A stretch of 64,000 nucleotides of DNA from Octopus vulgaris (Eukaryota). Under the pieces are notes generated by a model. It was not told the origin of the DNA. It saw only the letters and a program-made list of their open reading frames with translations, and made no database searches. Shown one piece after another: positions 25,770 through 38,789 of this stretch; the first letter of the stretch is position 1, and every line of letters begins with the position of its first letter. The position numbers and the translations under genes were made by a program. The stretch is from contig OX597830.1 in the NCBI GenBank assembly GCA_951406725.2, positions 12,648,001 to 12,712,000 on the forward strand, in the 5' to 3' direction.

Positions 25770-28700
25770 CTAGCAGACATACCCGGCGTTGCTTGGGATT
25801 TAAATGGCATAGTTTGTAAATATGGTACAGTTAAGTTGAAATATGTGAGAAAAAGAGGTGCAGCATTGACGACAAAACATTTGTGGAGTAAATGAAGGGC
25901 TCATACAACTAAGGGACATGTTATGCGTCTGTTTGGAAGATTCCAGGCCCTAGTCTTATCATGGAAAAGTGGGTGGGGTATGTGATTTTTAAACGCACCA
26001 AAAAGCTCTCAGTGGATATACTCTCCTTTGCGGCTGTCGGCGCTGCCGTTACCACGCTGAAGAATCAGCAGACATAGGAAATACTACTAAGTGATAAATT
26101 AAGCCTGTGTATCAACAGCACCACATGAAAAAAATTACGTGGTAAAAGTGGGGAAGTGATTGGCTAGGAAGTTCTTCAAAACAACACAGTCATGCGATAT
26201 TTCGGTTTGGAATCAATAGTCGTGGCTCAATCAGGTACTCTTTCATGTAAATAGCATTTAACGATTATTAGGACAACCCAGCTCCCAAACGGAAACAATT
26301 CTGCATGCAGCGTCCGGGCACGCAAGGTCACATTAAGGACACGGTCTCTAATTAACGGGGTTGGGTCTTAGACACCATAAATTAGCAGGGTAATGCACAT
26401 GCAATATTTTGGTTTGTAATCAATAACTGAAGAATATTTGTATGGGTTATTTGTATGTTTAGAAGGAAGAAGCTAAAAAAAAACCGTTGAATAGTTGCTC
26501 TCGATTTAAACATAGTGCGTTCCAAACGGTTTTTATTCCAACAAGTTGCTACCTATGGTACTACGGGAACAGTTTATTATTGGTACGACTTAGACAATGT
26601 AGTCTGAAGTCTACATCAGTTCATCCATTTAGTACAACCTACTTATATCATTTCGGTAGCTTTTTTCTCCAGTTTGAACAGAAGCAATGCATGGACCATA
26701 CAGACAGTCGTACATACCTCAGGAAAGGGGGATTTTTGCCCTCAGAGGCCCAATTACTCATTATGTGAGTCTAAAACCATTTCTGGAATATAAGTAATGT
26801 ACGTTCCTAGTTTGTAGAAAATCAGTTGCGAACTTCAGAAGTTCTGCGGGTTTACACACACACACATGCTTAGTGATATATATATATATATGTATACATA
26901 GAGAGAGAGGGAGAGAGAGAGAAATTAGCATAAGTACGTCATCAAGAGTAATGTCTCTTGAACTAACGAAGCGACCAAGTTATGCGATCGTTCGTTTGTT
27001 TACTCAGGAAAGCGGATTTTGTGCGCATTAGGGCCCCATTATTCATTATGTGAAATATTCTAAGAGTCTAAAACCATCTCTGGGACATAAGTAATGTACA
27101 TTCCCAGTTTGGAGAAAATCAGTTGCGAACTTCAGAAGTCGCATAATAAACGAACGAAACAGATACCTTAGATGTAAAAGTCATTTCACTTGTGTTTCAG
27201 GAGTTTCTAAACCTATTGAAATTTTATAAACATGCAAAAATATGCCATACACGATGCTAGCAAATTTATAGAAAAACCAACTAGAAATCTGCACAATCGA
27301 AACACCTTGATCCCGCTTACAAGGTCAGTCGGATCTTTTCTATTTTGCTACAACCATGGAAATTTCAAAGTTTCTTGAAAATTTTAAAATTCGGTGTATT
27401 AATTTAGATTTCCAAGCTGAATCTCAGGAGATATTTCACTTTTCCAGGATTTTTTTTTAATGTTAAAAAGAGGCTTAAAATTTGATAAAGTTCGCCCAGT
27501 CGCACAACAGGATTTGAAAGCTTCAATTTTGTGCGTATCGTGTTTTAATATGAAACTGTAAATAAATCAACATCTGTTTTCCATCGATGAGGCATTTGTC
27601 CGTCAAGTTGAGGCTGCCATTTTGGAATATCGACGCATAACTATTCGCCAAATAGCCCATGAGGTCAAGATTAGTACCGGGTCTGTGGAAACTATCATTC
27701 ATGACCATTTGCATATGCAAAAGGTGTCTGCCAGATGGATTCCCAGGTTACTCACACCTTTCCAGAAGCAAGAACGCGTCGAGTGCTCGAGGATGAATTT
27801 GGAGATGTGCCAAGAAGATGAGTCAACATTTTTCAAAAGACTAATTACACAGGATGAAACCTGGGTCCATCACTATGATCCAGAGACCAAAGCCCAGTCA
27901 ATGCAGTGGAAGCACCGTGACTCACCTCCTCCAAAGAAGGCAAGGGTGCATCCCTCCACTGGCAAGGTCATGCTCACAGTCTTCTGGGACCAGGACGGAG
28001 TAGTGATGACAGATTTCCTGGCAAAGGGTACCACAATTACAGGAGCCTATTATGCTTCACTTTTGAGGAAACTAAGAGAAGCTATCAAAATCAAGAGGCG
28101 GGGCAAGATCAGCAAAGGCATCCTCCTCCTTCAGGACAACGCTCCGGTCCACAACTCGCGTGTCGCCAGATCAGAAGCACAGATGTGCGGCTATGAACTC
28201 CTCCCCCATACCCTCTACTCTCGTGACCTTGCACCCTCTCATTTTCACCTCTTCCCAACAATGAAGTTGTTTTTGAAAGGAAATCGTTTCCCAGATGATG
28301 CAGCCTTGATTTCTGAAGTCACGTCGTGGTTGGAGGACCAAGCTGGGGTCTTCTACAAAAACGGTCTCCAGAGCTGCATCAAACGTTGGGAGAAATGCGT
28401 AACTCTGGGTGATTCCTATGTAGAAAAGGACTAATAACTGTGCCAAGTTTCGTTGCTCTAATGTTATGGGAAGTGTGTCAGGGGCATTACTTATTGAACG
28501 CCCCTCGTATAGTCTACACTCGGGAATTCATACGATTATACAAATACCAAAAAGAAAATTGGGGGTGCATGATTTGATGACTATTTGACTGTGATTTTTA
28601 GCACATCTCTCGACCAGAGTACAAGCAGCAGATGGGCACAAGCAGCAGAACACAGCGTCGACGCACATGCTTTCACGTAGAATATATTTGTTAACACGTG

Positions 28701-29076
28701 CTATCTCGCAGACAAAAGAGTTCTCATGTTAGGCTTGTTACTATGGAAACATACACAAGCTTACGATTGACTAAAATTACCGAAAATTTGCAAACGTTAA
28801 AAATTAATAACTCTATATCTATTGAATTATGGCGGAAATGAATTTCATGGCATTGATTAGCATACAAAACTACATCATTACATCGAATATGAAATCAATT
28901 CGAACAGAAATTGAAGAGTCGGAAAATTGGCCGCCGAACAGAAAAGATCTGGAAAATCAAATAAACAAAAAGTTGGAGTAGCCATTGGTTTTCCTGATGA
29001 CCTACATTCGCAAAGTTTTATCTAACAAGAATAAAAAGCAAAATAATACCTAAACACAAACTTAGTATACACTAGA
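25770..29076 (-). mobile_element. Non-autonomous Helitron-like element hosting a mariner insertion
   Basis: Minus strand starts A|TC at 29076 and ends with hairpin CCCAAGCAACGCCGGG then CTAG|T at 25770; internal direct repeat 26745-26843/27030-27139. That both ends belong to one element is inferred. Confidence 0.55.
27590..28507 (+). mobile_element. Mariner (DD34D) transposon, 5'-deleted; 270-aa open transposase fragment at 27622-28434
   Basis: ARWIPRLL, TQDETW, LLQDNAPVH, YSRDLAPSHFHLF (third catalytic D replaced by H), RWEKCV..GDSYVE; right TIR TTACTTATTGAACGCCCCTCG|TA. Confidence 0.95.
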
Positions 29077-29634
29077 TTTGTTAACAACTTAAGTGTTGTT
29101 GGCAGACCGACAAACGTGAAGAATAAAGGTAAGACCTACAGAGCAATTAAAATTTAAAACCCGAAACAATTCTAAAATGATTCCATTTCTAAATATGATA
29201 TTGGTTTCAAATATTTGCATAAGACCAGCAATTTCGGAGGAAAGGTAAGTCGATTACATCAGCTTCAGTTCTCAACTGGTACTTATTTCATCGACCTCGA
29301 AAGGATGAAAAGCAAAATCCACTACGGCAGAATTTGAACTGAGGACGAAAAGACGGGCAAAACTCGGTAATTTTAGTCAATCGTAAGCTTGTGCATGTTT
29401 CCATAGTAACAAGCCTAACATGAGAACTCTTTTGTCTGCGAGATAGCACGTGTTAACAAATATATTCTACGTGAAAGCATGTGCGTCGACGCTGTGTTCT
29501 GCTGCTTGTGCCCATCTGCTGCTTGTACCCTGGTCGAGAGATGTGCTAAAAATCACAGTCAAATAGTCATCAAATCATGCACCCCCAATTTTCTTTTTGG
29601 TATTTGTATAATCGTATGAATTCCCGAGTGTAGA
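28513..29634. repeat. 271-bp near-perfect inverted repeat (28513-28783 / 29364-29634)
   Basis: Only two mismatches seen by eye. Confidence 0.93.
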
Positions 29635-29703
29635 ATATAAATTTGCAAATATTTTCTGAAAATTTTGTACGGTGCGGTAACGATTCTGCTAACCCGCCGC
29701 CTT
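29200..29703 (-). mobile_element. SINE family A interrupted by the inverted duplicate
   Basis: Consensus at 29200-29362 resumes at ~29667-29703. Confidence 0.8.
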
Positions 29704-30379
29704 ACTTTTAGATATAAAACATTCAGATTAAAAAAATAAAACAAGAAACTATAGAAGCATTACGCCAACCATACAAACAAATACATATGCCTACGCGATG
29801 GTCGCGAAAGCCCATATAGCTATGAAATATCAATGTGATAATCGTTGCTTAAAATAGGTTCTATTTTCTTTTCCACAAAATTCACAAAATTAAACAAACA
29901 CCACTTAACAAGGAATATTCAAACAGAACAAGCTACTGGTGAATATTGACAGAAACGCAAGGCAACAAATACATCAAACATTACTCCAATTAAAATTACG
30001 CAAATTACAAGGAAAGTGAGTAATGTGTGTATTGTATGAATTACTTAGAAAATCTCATAAAATGAAACACAAAATTCGGTCACAACAGACCATAAACTGA
30101 CATTAACAACATATTACAAAATCTCAAAGAACCGAAATCTCCATAACAATAACATGGTTAAGCGTCGAAACCCAAAAATGAATTATAAACGACAAATAAT
30201 ATTTTAAAATTCGACTGCAAACGTGTAATTTGCATGATTCATCATCTAACTCGCTTTAGTCGCATAGCACAAAGACTTTCTAGTAGGCTCCCCACCCCTT
30301 TACACACACGGTGGCGAGAAATTGTAACATACAACACTTTACATCGTAGAGCATTGTGAAACAAAGTTTTATGTAAAAA

Positions 30380-31172
30380 TATTGATTCTAAATTTTGGCA
30401 CAAGGCCAGCAGTTTCGAGGAAGGTGGTAAGTCAGTTACATCGACCCTAGAGCTCAACTTTAGATTATCTACCCCAAAAGGATGAAAGGTGAAGTCGACC
30501 TCGACGGAATTTAAACTCAAAACATGAGGATTTACGAAATACCTATTTTTTTATTACCCACAAGGGGCTAAACATAGAGGGGGACAAACAAGGACAGACA
30601 TAGGTATTAAGTGGATTACATCGACCCCAGTGCGTAACTGGTACTTAATTTATCGACCCCGAAAGGATGAAAGGCAAAGTCGGCCTCGGCGAAATTTGAG
30701 CTCAAAACATAAGAATGGACGAAATACCGCTAAGCATTTTGCCCGACGTGCTAACGATTCGGCCAGCTAACTCCTTGTTCCGTGTAAGAATATTAGTTTC
30801 AAATCTTGGCACAAGGCTAGCAGGTTCGTGGGGAGGCGTTCAGTCGATTACTTCAACCCTCAAAGGATGAAAGGCAGAGTCGACCTCGGCGGAATTTGAA
30901 CTCAGAACGAAACGGCAGACGAAATACCTATTTCTTTACTACCCACAAGGGGCTGAACACAGAGGGTACAAACAAGGACAGACAAACGGATTAAGTCGAT
31001 TATATCGACCCCCCCACCAGCACCAGTGCGTAACTGGTACTTATTTAATCGACCTCGAAAGGATGAAAGGCAAAGTCGACCTTGGCGGAATTTGAACTCA
31101 GAACGTAGCGGCAGACGAAATACCGCTAAGCATTTCGCCCGGCGCTGTAACGATTCTGCCAGCACGCTGCCT
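30380..31172 (-). mobile_element. Array of four nested/tandem SINE family A copies, two with the Tx1-like tail
   Basis: Tail junctions ACGAAATACC|TATTT at ~30543 and ~30928. Confidence 0.88.
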
Positions 31173-31723
31173 TACATGTTAAAATAGTAACAGAAGATAC
31201 GTCTATACTATACAGAATGACGAATAAAAATTGAAGTCTTTAAGGAAGTAACATGCATACAACAACACATCATATCACAACAAACACAAATAGGCAAAGC
31301 GATTGATGACCTGTAACTCTAACGTAACCAAAATACTAAATACCAGCCTGGTGAGATGGAAATTCTGGAGATAAAATTTGTCAATGTAAAGTCGCATAGT
31401 ACAGAAGCGAACACCACTTCACACGCTAATAATAAGACTGGAATAGTTTGGAACCCACTATGAGTGTGTGCGTGTACATATATATAAGTATATATATATA
31501 TATATATATATACACTTTTTTTATCCGAGGGGAGGCAATGCGAGCAACAACCACAGGAACATCACAAAATCCACAGAAAGACCAAACACATACAAATCCT
31601 CATATCTATAAAGCCCGACATTTAAAAATTTAAAAATTTAGTAATATATAAATATATCATATAAAAATATAGATTATGCGTATAACACCTTGAATTTACG
31701 CTTAAAACCTTTAGTATAAATTT

Positions 31724-31824
31724 GTACATATGTACCTTCCTGCACATGTGTCTTCCCGCACATAAGTGCCTTCTTGCGCATATGTGCCTTCTTGCACATA
31801 TGTGCCTTCCTGCACATATGTACC
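31724..31824. repeat. 18-bp minisatellite (GCACATATGTGCCTTCCT), ~5.5 copies
   Basis: Direct tandem units visible. Confidence 0.9.
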
Positions 31825-31825
31825 A

Positions 31826-32586
31826 GTAGGTCATATCAGTTCCCGGCTGTTACGCATAGAGAACAGACGTGTAGTGCACGCTCATCAGATTTTCGTCCTC
31901 ATGCAAGATGACCGAACACAACGAACAGAGACCATAAACCCATGTCCTATCACCAGTGGTGATGGTCTTCGTGAAGTCTGGGTCGTGCATCTTCCTCAGC
32001 TATTTCCATGCAGAGCTGCTTCTGCTTCTCTGCTAGGAACGAATTTCGCCTGCACTCTCCGTATGCACAAATCTTACGTTAGAATGGAACACACTGATCA
32101 TGTGCTTATTCCCACTTCAGTAGCAATTTCCTGGACAGCCTTCCATGACTACCCGTCGAGCCTTTTCAATCGGCTTTTCGTATCGGTTTGTGGATGGCCT
32201 GCCTGAGCGTGCTTCGCTCTCCGCTGAGGTGCGGCCGTGTTCGAAGAGGTTTTACCAATCCTTGGCCTGAGTTTTGCCCGTGGCATCATCACTAAAAGTC
32301 TGCTGAATATGCTAGATGATTCGAGCTTGAGCATCAACAAGCTTTTGGCAATACTTGATGCAATAACTCTGCTCGATGCGTTCGTGAAAACGAAAATCAG
32401 ACGACCGTGCACTATACGTCTGTGCTGTATGCGTAACAGCCGTGAACTGATGAGACCTACCGGCATGAAAATATTCTCTCGTGCGCATGAAGGGTGACGT
32501 TACCTCCCACCTAAAGGATTTTGCCCACACAGCATTAGTTTTGAAGGGAGAAAATATAGTCGAATACTTTTTTTAATGCATCTCGC
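31826..32586 (-). mobile_element. Decayed mariner derivative with inverted duplicate of its 5' end
   Basis: Minus strand ERIEQSYCIKYCQKL...ESEARSGRPST; TIR-like end GTCGAATACTTTTTTTAATGCATCTCG; 31826-31900 is an inverted copy of 32385-32460. Confidence 0.75.
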
Positions 32587-32599
32587 AAATATATACACA

Positions 32600-32720
32600 T
32601 GCATATATACGACGGGCCTCTTTCAGTTTCCGTCTACCAAGTCGACACACAAGGCTTTGATGAGCCCGATGCTACAGGAAGACACTTGCCAATGATGCCA
32701 CTAGTTAGACTGAATCCGAG
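32600..32720 (-). mobile_element. SINE family B fragment
   Basis: acgacgggcctctttcagtttccgtctacc...gaagacacttgcc. Confidence 0.8.
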
Positions 32721-33215
32721 AGCAAAGTTCTTGGAAAATGTCAGCAAAATCAAGAAAGGCACATAGCAATTTAAGACATTGAAAATTATACTTATGAGAG
32801 CAAAATTTCGTAAACAAATCTCGAACACCACTATTACTAATTATGGAGAACACAATTGTTACATATTCGTGTTTCACTAAGGCTCAGAGTCCAAGTTTAA
32901 AGATTGACAGAACTTTAGAGTAAACACATGTTTATTTGTAAGTCACAGAATTTAATCTGTAGATCTGAGGAAAATCAAATCAAGCAATATGGATTGTCAC
33001 TTTGTAGGTGTATAACTCTACATCAAGTCAGTCGCAAGAATACAAGAAAAGTTCCGATATGTGGGCATAGCATTACGTGGCAGGAATAAATCTATGTAAT
33101 TTCATAATACTTCCGATTTATATGAGCACAGATTCAACTATGGAGCATACGATGCATCAACAAAAATGCCATGTATTTAGTAGTATAAGCCGCACGTACA
33201 CCTTTGGTATGTGTG

Positions 33216-33283
<68 letters not shown>

Positions 33284-33379
33284 TATATTATATTATATTA
33301 AATTATATTATATTATATTATACTATATTATATTATATGTATACATAATGTACGTATGTATGTATGTGCGTATGTAAGA

Positions 33380-33545
33380 AAACAAAAGATGAAGGCAGGT
33401 AAGGGAACAAAGCAGGTGTGTTAGTTTGACGCTCGGGAAGAATGGAAAAGTCTTTGACTTCCCGTGCCTACGATCTTCGTCAGAAAGGATTGAGATGGAA
33501 AAAATGGAGAGAGAACGAAAGAAACGATGAGAGAAAAAATGTATA
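33380..33545 (-). mobile_element. Diverged family D element
   Basis: aaacaaaagatgaaggcagg...gacgctcggg...tcttcgtcagaaagg. Confidence 0.6.
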
Positions 33546-33564
33546 GAGATTAACGGTTCAACAT

Positions 33565-33830
33565 GACGTACGTACGTATGTATGTATGTATGTATGTATG
33601 TATGTATGTATGTATGTATGTATGTATGTATGTATGTATGTATGTATGTGTGTGTATGTGTGTGTATGTATGTGTGTGTGTATGTGTGTACGCACGTACG
33701 TACGTAGGTACGTATGTATGTACGTATGTACGTATGTACGTAGGTATGTAGGTATGTATGTACGTATGTACGTATGTACGTAGGTATGTATGTATGTATG
33801 TATGTATGTATGTACTATGTATGTATGTAT
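33565..33830. repeat. (TATG)n/(TACG)n microsatellite
   Basis: Direct tandem runs. Confidence 0.95.
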
Positions 33831-33869
33831 TGTGTTTGTTTGCATAGTAGAAAGGTTTATTATTATCAT

Positions 33870-34265
33870 TGGGGAGTAGTCGATTACATCGACCCTAGTG
33901 TTCAATTGTACTTATTTCATCGACACCGAAAGGATGAAAGGCAAAATCGACCTCGGCGGAATTTGAACCCACGACGAGAAGACGGACGAAATGCCGCTAA
34001 GCTGCTTGCCCGACGTGCTAACGATATTGCCAGCTCACCGATAATAATAATTGTTTTAAATTTTGCCTCAAGAGCAGCAATTTTAGGGAAGAGATTAAGT
34101 CGATTACATTGAACCCAGTGTTCTACTGGTACTTATTTTATCGACCCCGAAAGGATGAAAGGCAAAGTTGACCTCGGCGGAATCTGAATCCAAAATGCGA
34201 AGACAGGCGAAATGCCGCTAAGCAGTTTGCTCGACGTGCAAACGGTATTCCCAGATTGCCGCCTT
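33870..34265 (-). mobile_element. Two tandem SINE family A copies
   Basis: Consensus matches at 33870-34040 and 34055-34265, followed by (AAT)n. Confidence 0.87.
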
Positions 34266-34272
34266 AACAATG

Positions 34273-34338
<66 letters not shown>

Positions 34339-34589
34339 GGTTTTTTTCTTCGATTTTGATGTATGAGGTTTTAACAGAGTTGTTTTACTTTCGCATTAGC
34401 TCAGATGCTTATGACACTTATGAAGCTTTAACCCAGCCAACGATTTATAGACAACTCCACAGACTGGACAAAAGAAACGATGGTCATACAAAGCTACTGC
34501 CATATATGTGTGTGTTTGCGTTTGTTTTTATGTGTGTACAACACCACAAATACATATAGACAAATGCATGCCTATAAATATGTACATGC

Positions 34590-34641
<52 letters not shown>

Positions 34642-34917
34642 ACTGAATCGATCAGTCAGTCGGATGTTGTCATACTCCACTGATCACAGTGCTTTTCCAA
34701 TGCTTAATGCTTTCTTGATTATGCCCTTCTTTTCCATATACTTGCCCAAATCGTTTCCCAAGGCCTCTCTGATCTCTTGGATACCACTATACCACTCGCC
34801 TACTGCACGGTTCTATCTATTAATTTTGTGCCATATACGACCCAGCGTGTTTGTAATTTATCATTGATGTTCACGCCACCTGTCGACCCAATGTCTCTAA
34901 CAACCATATATATATAT

Positions 34918-35102
34918 AGTTAATCCAAACAAGAAAACAAAAACAAAAAAACAACAACACAAGGACGTGGAACAAATAAAGTATTATTGGACGCTCAGGA
35001 AAGAAGGGAAGAAGGAGGGTTTGACGTTTCGAGCGGAGCTCTTCGTCGGAAACATAGGAGAAGGAAAGATCCCGAGAAGGGAAGACAGGGGAAAAAAAAT
35101 CG

Positions 35103-35103
<1 letters not shown>
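34918..35103 (-). mobile_element. Family D-related element with minimal hammerhead motif at 35019-35053
   Basis: Minus strand GTTT-CCGACGA-A-GAGC-TCC-GCTC-GAA-ACGT-C-AAAC; flanked by (TA)n on both sides. Confidence 0.7.
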
Positions 35104-35162
<59 letters not shown>

Positions 35163-35413
35163 TCTGAAATGTTAATACGAATGGAATGAAAGAAGATTCG
35201 CGTAAATCGGAGCAGTAGTTATTGAGATATTCGGGGTTTGAGTCTATAAGTTCTCTAAACGGTGTATAATGGGAAAATGTTCCGAATATAACTTCATCCT
35301 GAAGGGGAAGAAACTCTATTGATTAGACAGTGATTTGACAACGAAAAAAATTAATTTTTTTTTTACGTTAAATGTTTCTGTTTTCGCTTTTGTTAAACAT
35401 TGTATTTTAAGCA

Positions 35414-35804
35414 CAAGCAGTATCGCCCGGCGTTGCTCGGGTTTGTTTCGACCCTTTAGAATTGGAATTTTTGAAAAGTAAAAATTTTGCCTTATGTAGC
35501 TTGTTATTCCCTTTAAATGAACATTTTTCTGGTTGAAATACACCGAAAAATGGCGACACTGAAGTAAAAAAATCGTAAAAAATAGTGATTTTCATAGAAA
35601 AAAGCATCTTTTTTATGTAAATAATTGCTGGTGCTAACATGGTCCAATTTGAATTTTTCTTGTACAGAAGGAAGAGCAAGCCTTCTATCATACTCTCAAT
35701 TTTGGTCAACTTGCGCCGCAGGGTCTCGGAGGAGATAGTGTTAGTTGAAGACTACCAAACCTGCCATACACAGACAACTTCAGCTTTATATAGAGATATA
35801 GAGA
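35414..35804 (-). mobile_element. Non-autonomous Helitron-like element
   Basis: Minus strand starts A|TCTCTATAT and ends with hairpin CCCGAGCAACGCCGGG plus CTTG|T (CTAG variant); the 3' end is related to that at 25770. Confidence 0.7.
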
Positions 35805-36361
35805 TATTTCTAAGTGAATGTGATTTCAAAATTGTTAGTTGTTTGTACAGTAGGTATTTATATTTTAGCTTTCTTCAAATAGACACTATTTTAATGTTAT
35901 TTTTTAAAATTATTTTCAAGTGAATACCATTACAAAATTTTTTTTGGCATACTTAAAAAAGATTTTAAAGTGAAAATGATTTTAAAAATACGGTCAATAT
36001 TTCATGAAAGACCCGTTCGTAACCTCGGTGTGAAATAGTTCTCCATGGTTTTTTTCGTGTGTACTCAACGTATCTCACCTCCAAAGATTTTGGCTGCTAT
36101 TTCTAGCACGCCCTGCTACCATTTAACAGCTATTTGCAATAAATGACCCGAAATACCTGGTACGTGGTAGCAGCATGGTGTGCAATAAATAACACCCAAT
36201 TCTTTCTTTTGCAGGAGAAAAGAGTCGTTTACGCGTGATTTCGATGTCGCATTCACCGAAAGCATGCGAAATAACCTGGAAAAGAAAAAACCCAGGAAAC
36301 TATACTCTGTTGCTGGGAAACTTAGAGTTTCTCGGTAACCCAACGCATAACGAATAGACTA

Positions 36362-36421
<60 letters not shown>

Positions 36422-36423
<2 letters not shown>

Positions 36424-36596
36424 GGTGGCTGCCCCCTCGTTATCGAGTATGGCCATTGCATGAAGCTTAATCAATGTTATCGTGCAATGCCTGTGCAAGA
36501 AGATTTCTTTTTAAGTGAGGAAAGGTTGTCAATCCCACTCACTAAACAACAGCAGCCATAATCCGAAAAGAAGAACAAGTCAACATCATCGGTAAC

Positions 36597-36598
<2 letters not shown>
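36422..36598 (-). mobile_element. RTE-related short element (second copy, 5'-truncated)
   Basis: Reverse complement of 23710-23897. Confidence 0.7.
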
Positions 36599-36652
<54 letters not shown>

Positions 36653-36654
<2 letters not shown>

Positions 36655-36880
36655 AAAAAAAAGTCAAGGTAGAAAATGCTAAAATAAATTTATAAAAAAC
36701 ATTTCAGTACCGGTTTCAGTTATTGAGACTTTTTCAAATGTAAGTATGGAAAACAATTAAACTTTGGAAAAGTTAAAAGAAAAGTTTTTAAAAGAATATT
36801 TGCATAGTGTTCAAATACAAGTGGTATTCTCCTTGTTTCTGTCTTCTCTGTCTCTCTTTTTTACTCTTGTGGGTTCAAGG

Positions 36881-36881
<1 letters not shown>
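36653..36881 (-). mobile_element. Short (TA)n-embedded Penelope-pLTR-like remnant
   Basis: Minus strand TTGAAAA-AGT..ACT-GAA-ACCGGT-A is a degenerate minimal hammerhead with palindromic ACCGGT; (TA)n on both sides. Confidence 0.45.
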
Positions 36882-36962
<81 letters not shown>

Positions 36963-37554
36963 ATATATATATTTATTTATATATGTATGTATATATACAT
37001 AAAATTAAAATTAATAGTAATATGTACGAAAAGTTATCTCAACACAACATTATCAAGGTAATCCAAATTGGTGAAATTCTCACTGAACATCTGAAAAAAG
37101 TTTAGCTGTTAAAACATGCTAACAAAAAAGGAACGCCGAACCAAATTTAACTTTAGACATTCATTCGTCCAACCAAGAGCGGCGTGATTAAACAACTAAT
37201 TTAATTTATAAAAATACAATATAAAAAATACCATACTAGTTCCATATTTTTCGACAATTTGAGATTTATATAACAAAAAGCCTAATGTAGAAAATGATTA
37301 TATTTATTTACTAAAATTGATGATGTCACTGGTTATCTAAAGAACAAAAACTACAGAAAAGAATTCTACGTTATGCTAAAGGAAAAAAAAACTACAGATA
37401 ATAATTATAAAATTTTTCCAGATGTTCAGTTAGAATTTTACCAATTTGGATTGCCTTGATAATGTTGTATTGACATAAATGTTCATACATATTAATAATT
37501 TTAATGATATTCTGCATATGTGTGTGAGTGAGTGTGTGTATTTGTGTATGTGTT

Positions 37555-37828
37555 TGAGCTCTCATAAGGAGGCGAGTGTAGGTCCCATCCAACCGCCTCT
37601 CAAGCTTCTTTGATAACGTCCAGTTTCTGAGCCATATAGTAGAATTGGTTCGACTGTGGCTTTGAAGATTTCAAGTTTGAAGTCTCTACTTAGATTTGAT
37701 GACCAGATCTTATGCATGTCATTACAGGCTGACCAGGCCATACCCTTTCTAGTTAGAAAATCTTTTCCAGATGATGATATGTATGACCCAAGATATTTGA
37801 AATCAGAAACCATATTTAAGGTCGAACA
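37555..37828 (-). mobile_element. RTE/RTE-X LINE RT C-terminal fragment
   Basis: VSDFKYLGSYI..KGMAWSACNDMHKIWSS..KLEIFKATVEPILLYGSET / LERRLDGTYTRLLMRAQ. Confidence 0.88.
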
Positions 37829-38277
37829 ATGATGATGATGATGATGTGTATGTGTTTGTGAATATATATGCATACATGTATACATGTTAATGCTATTGAA
37901 ACAGTTTTGGGATTTTTAATGTGTGAACTAAAATAAAGATATGATTTCCATCGTCCTGAACAATTGTTTGCTGTTTATACTCTGAATTTCTTAACATGCT
38001 GCTTAAGGATTGTTGAATTTACCTGTCATACATAAGAATTTACTCGGGATTTGTGGTCTATAAACATTTACTGGTATCTACTCGTTGGAAATTTAACCAT
38101 ATTCCTTTATACTGAGTGTGCACTTGATATCTGCCAGGATTTTTTAATCCCATTTTTTCTTATACCAATATATATTTAAGATATAAATTATAATTAAGGG
38201 TACTAGTAGATCAAAGCGGTTTCATTATACGCTATCCACTGATATGATAATTTTAATGATTATATCCTCAGTTTATA

Positions 38278-38364
<87 letters not shown>

Positions 38365-38369
38365 CCTTC

Positions 38370-38606
38370 TCGATCCATGCCAGACTCATGAGGGCCAGTT
38401 TCCCGGTTTCAATGACATATATATTCCCCACCTGGACGGGACACTGGTCCGACGCAGGATTACTCCTTTTTGCCAGCTGAGTGGACTGCAGCAACGTGAA
38501 ATGAAGTGTTTTGCTCAAGAACACAACGCGTCGCCCCGTCTATGAATCGAAACCACAATCTTACCATCATGTGTCGAACACTCTAACCACTAGTCCATAC
38601 GCATCC
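38370..38606 (-). mobile_element. SINE family E (tRNA head, CORE-like and V-like motifs)
   Basis: Minus strand TGGACTAGTGG (A box), GGTTTCGATTC (B box), ttgtgttcttgagcaaaacactt, cctgcgtcggaccagtgtcccgtccagg. Confidence 0.7.
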
Positions 38607-38609
38607 ATT

Positions 38610-38780
38610 CTCTCCTTGTTTCTCTCCTTGATTTTTTCTGTGTATCCTTCTGTCGAAGAGCGTAGGCTCGAAACGTAAAAGACTGGTTCTATTTCTATTC
38701 CTGAGCGCCATACTAATACATTTGTTTGTTTGTACTCTACCTACCTTCGTCTTTTGTTTATTTTCGTAAACCTTCCCGTT
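38610..38780 (+). mobile_element. Family D element
   Basis: CTGTCGA-A-GAGC-GTAG-GCTC-GAAACGTAAAAG at 38650-38681. Confidence 0.75.
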
Positions 38781-38789
38781 ATCAGCCGT

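Noticed and set aside
27622-28434. Functional or domesticated (SETMAR-like) transposase gene
   Set aside because: It is 5'-deleted (no start codon or first HTH), YSPDL is mutated, the third catalytic D is replaced by H, and the TIR is still attached.
31724-31824. CRISPR-like array
   Set aside because: The 18-bp repeats are contiguous with no spacers, there are no cas genes, and the context is eukaryotic.
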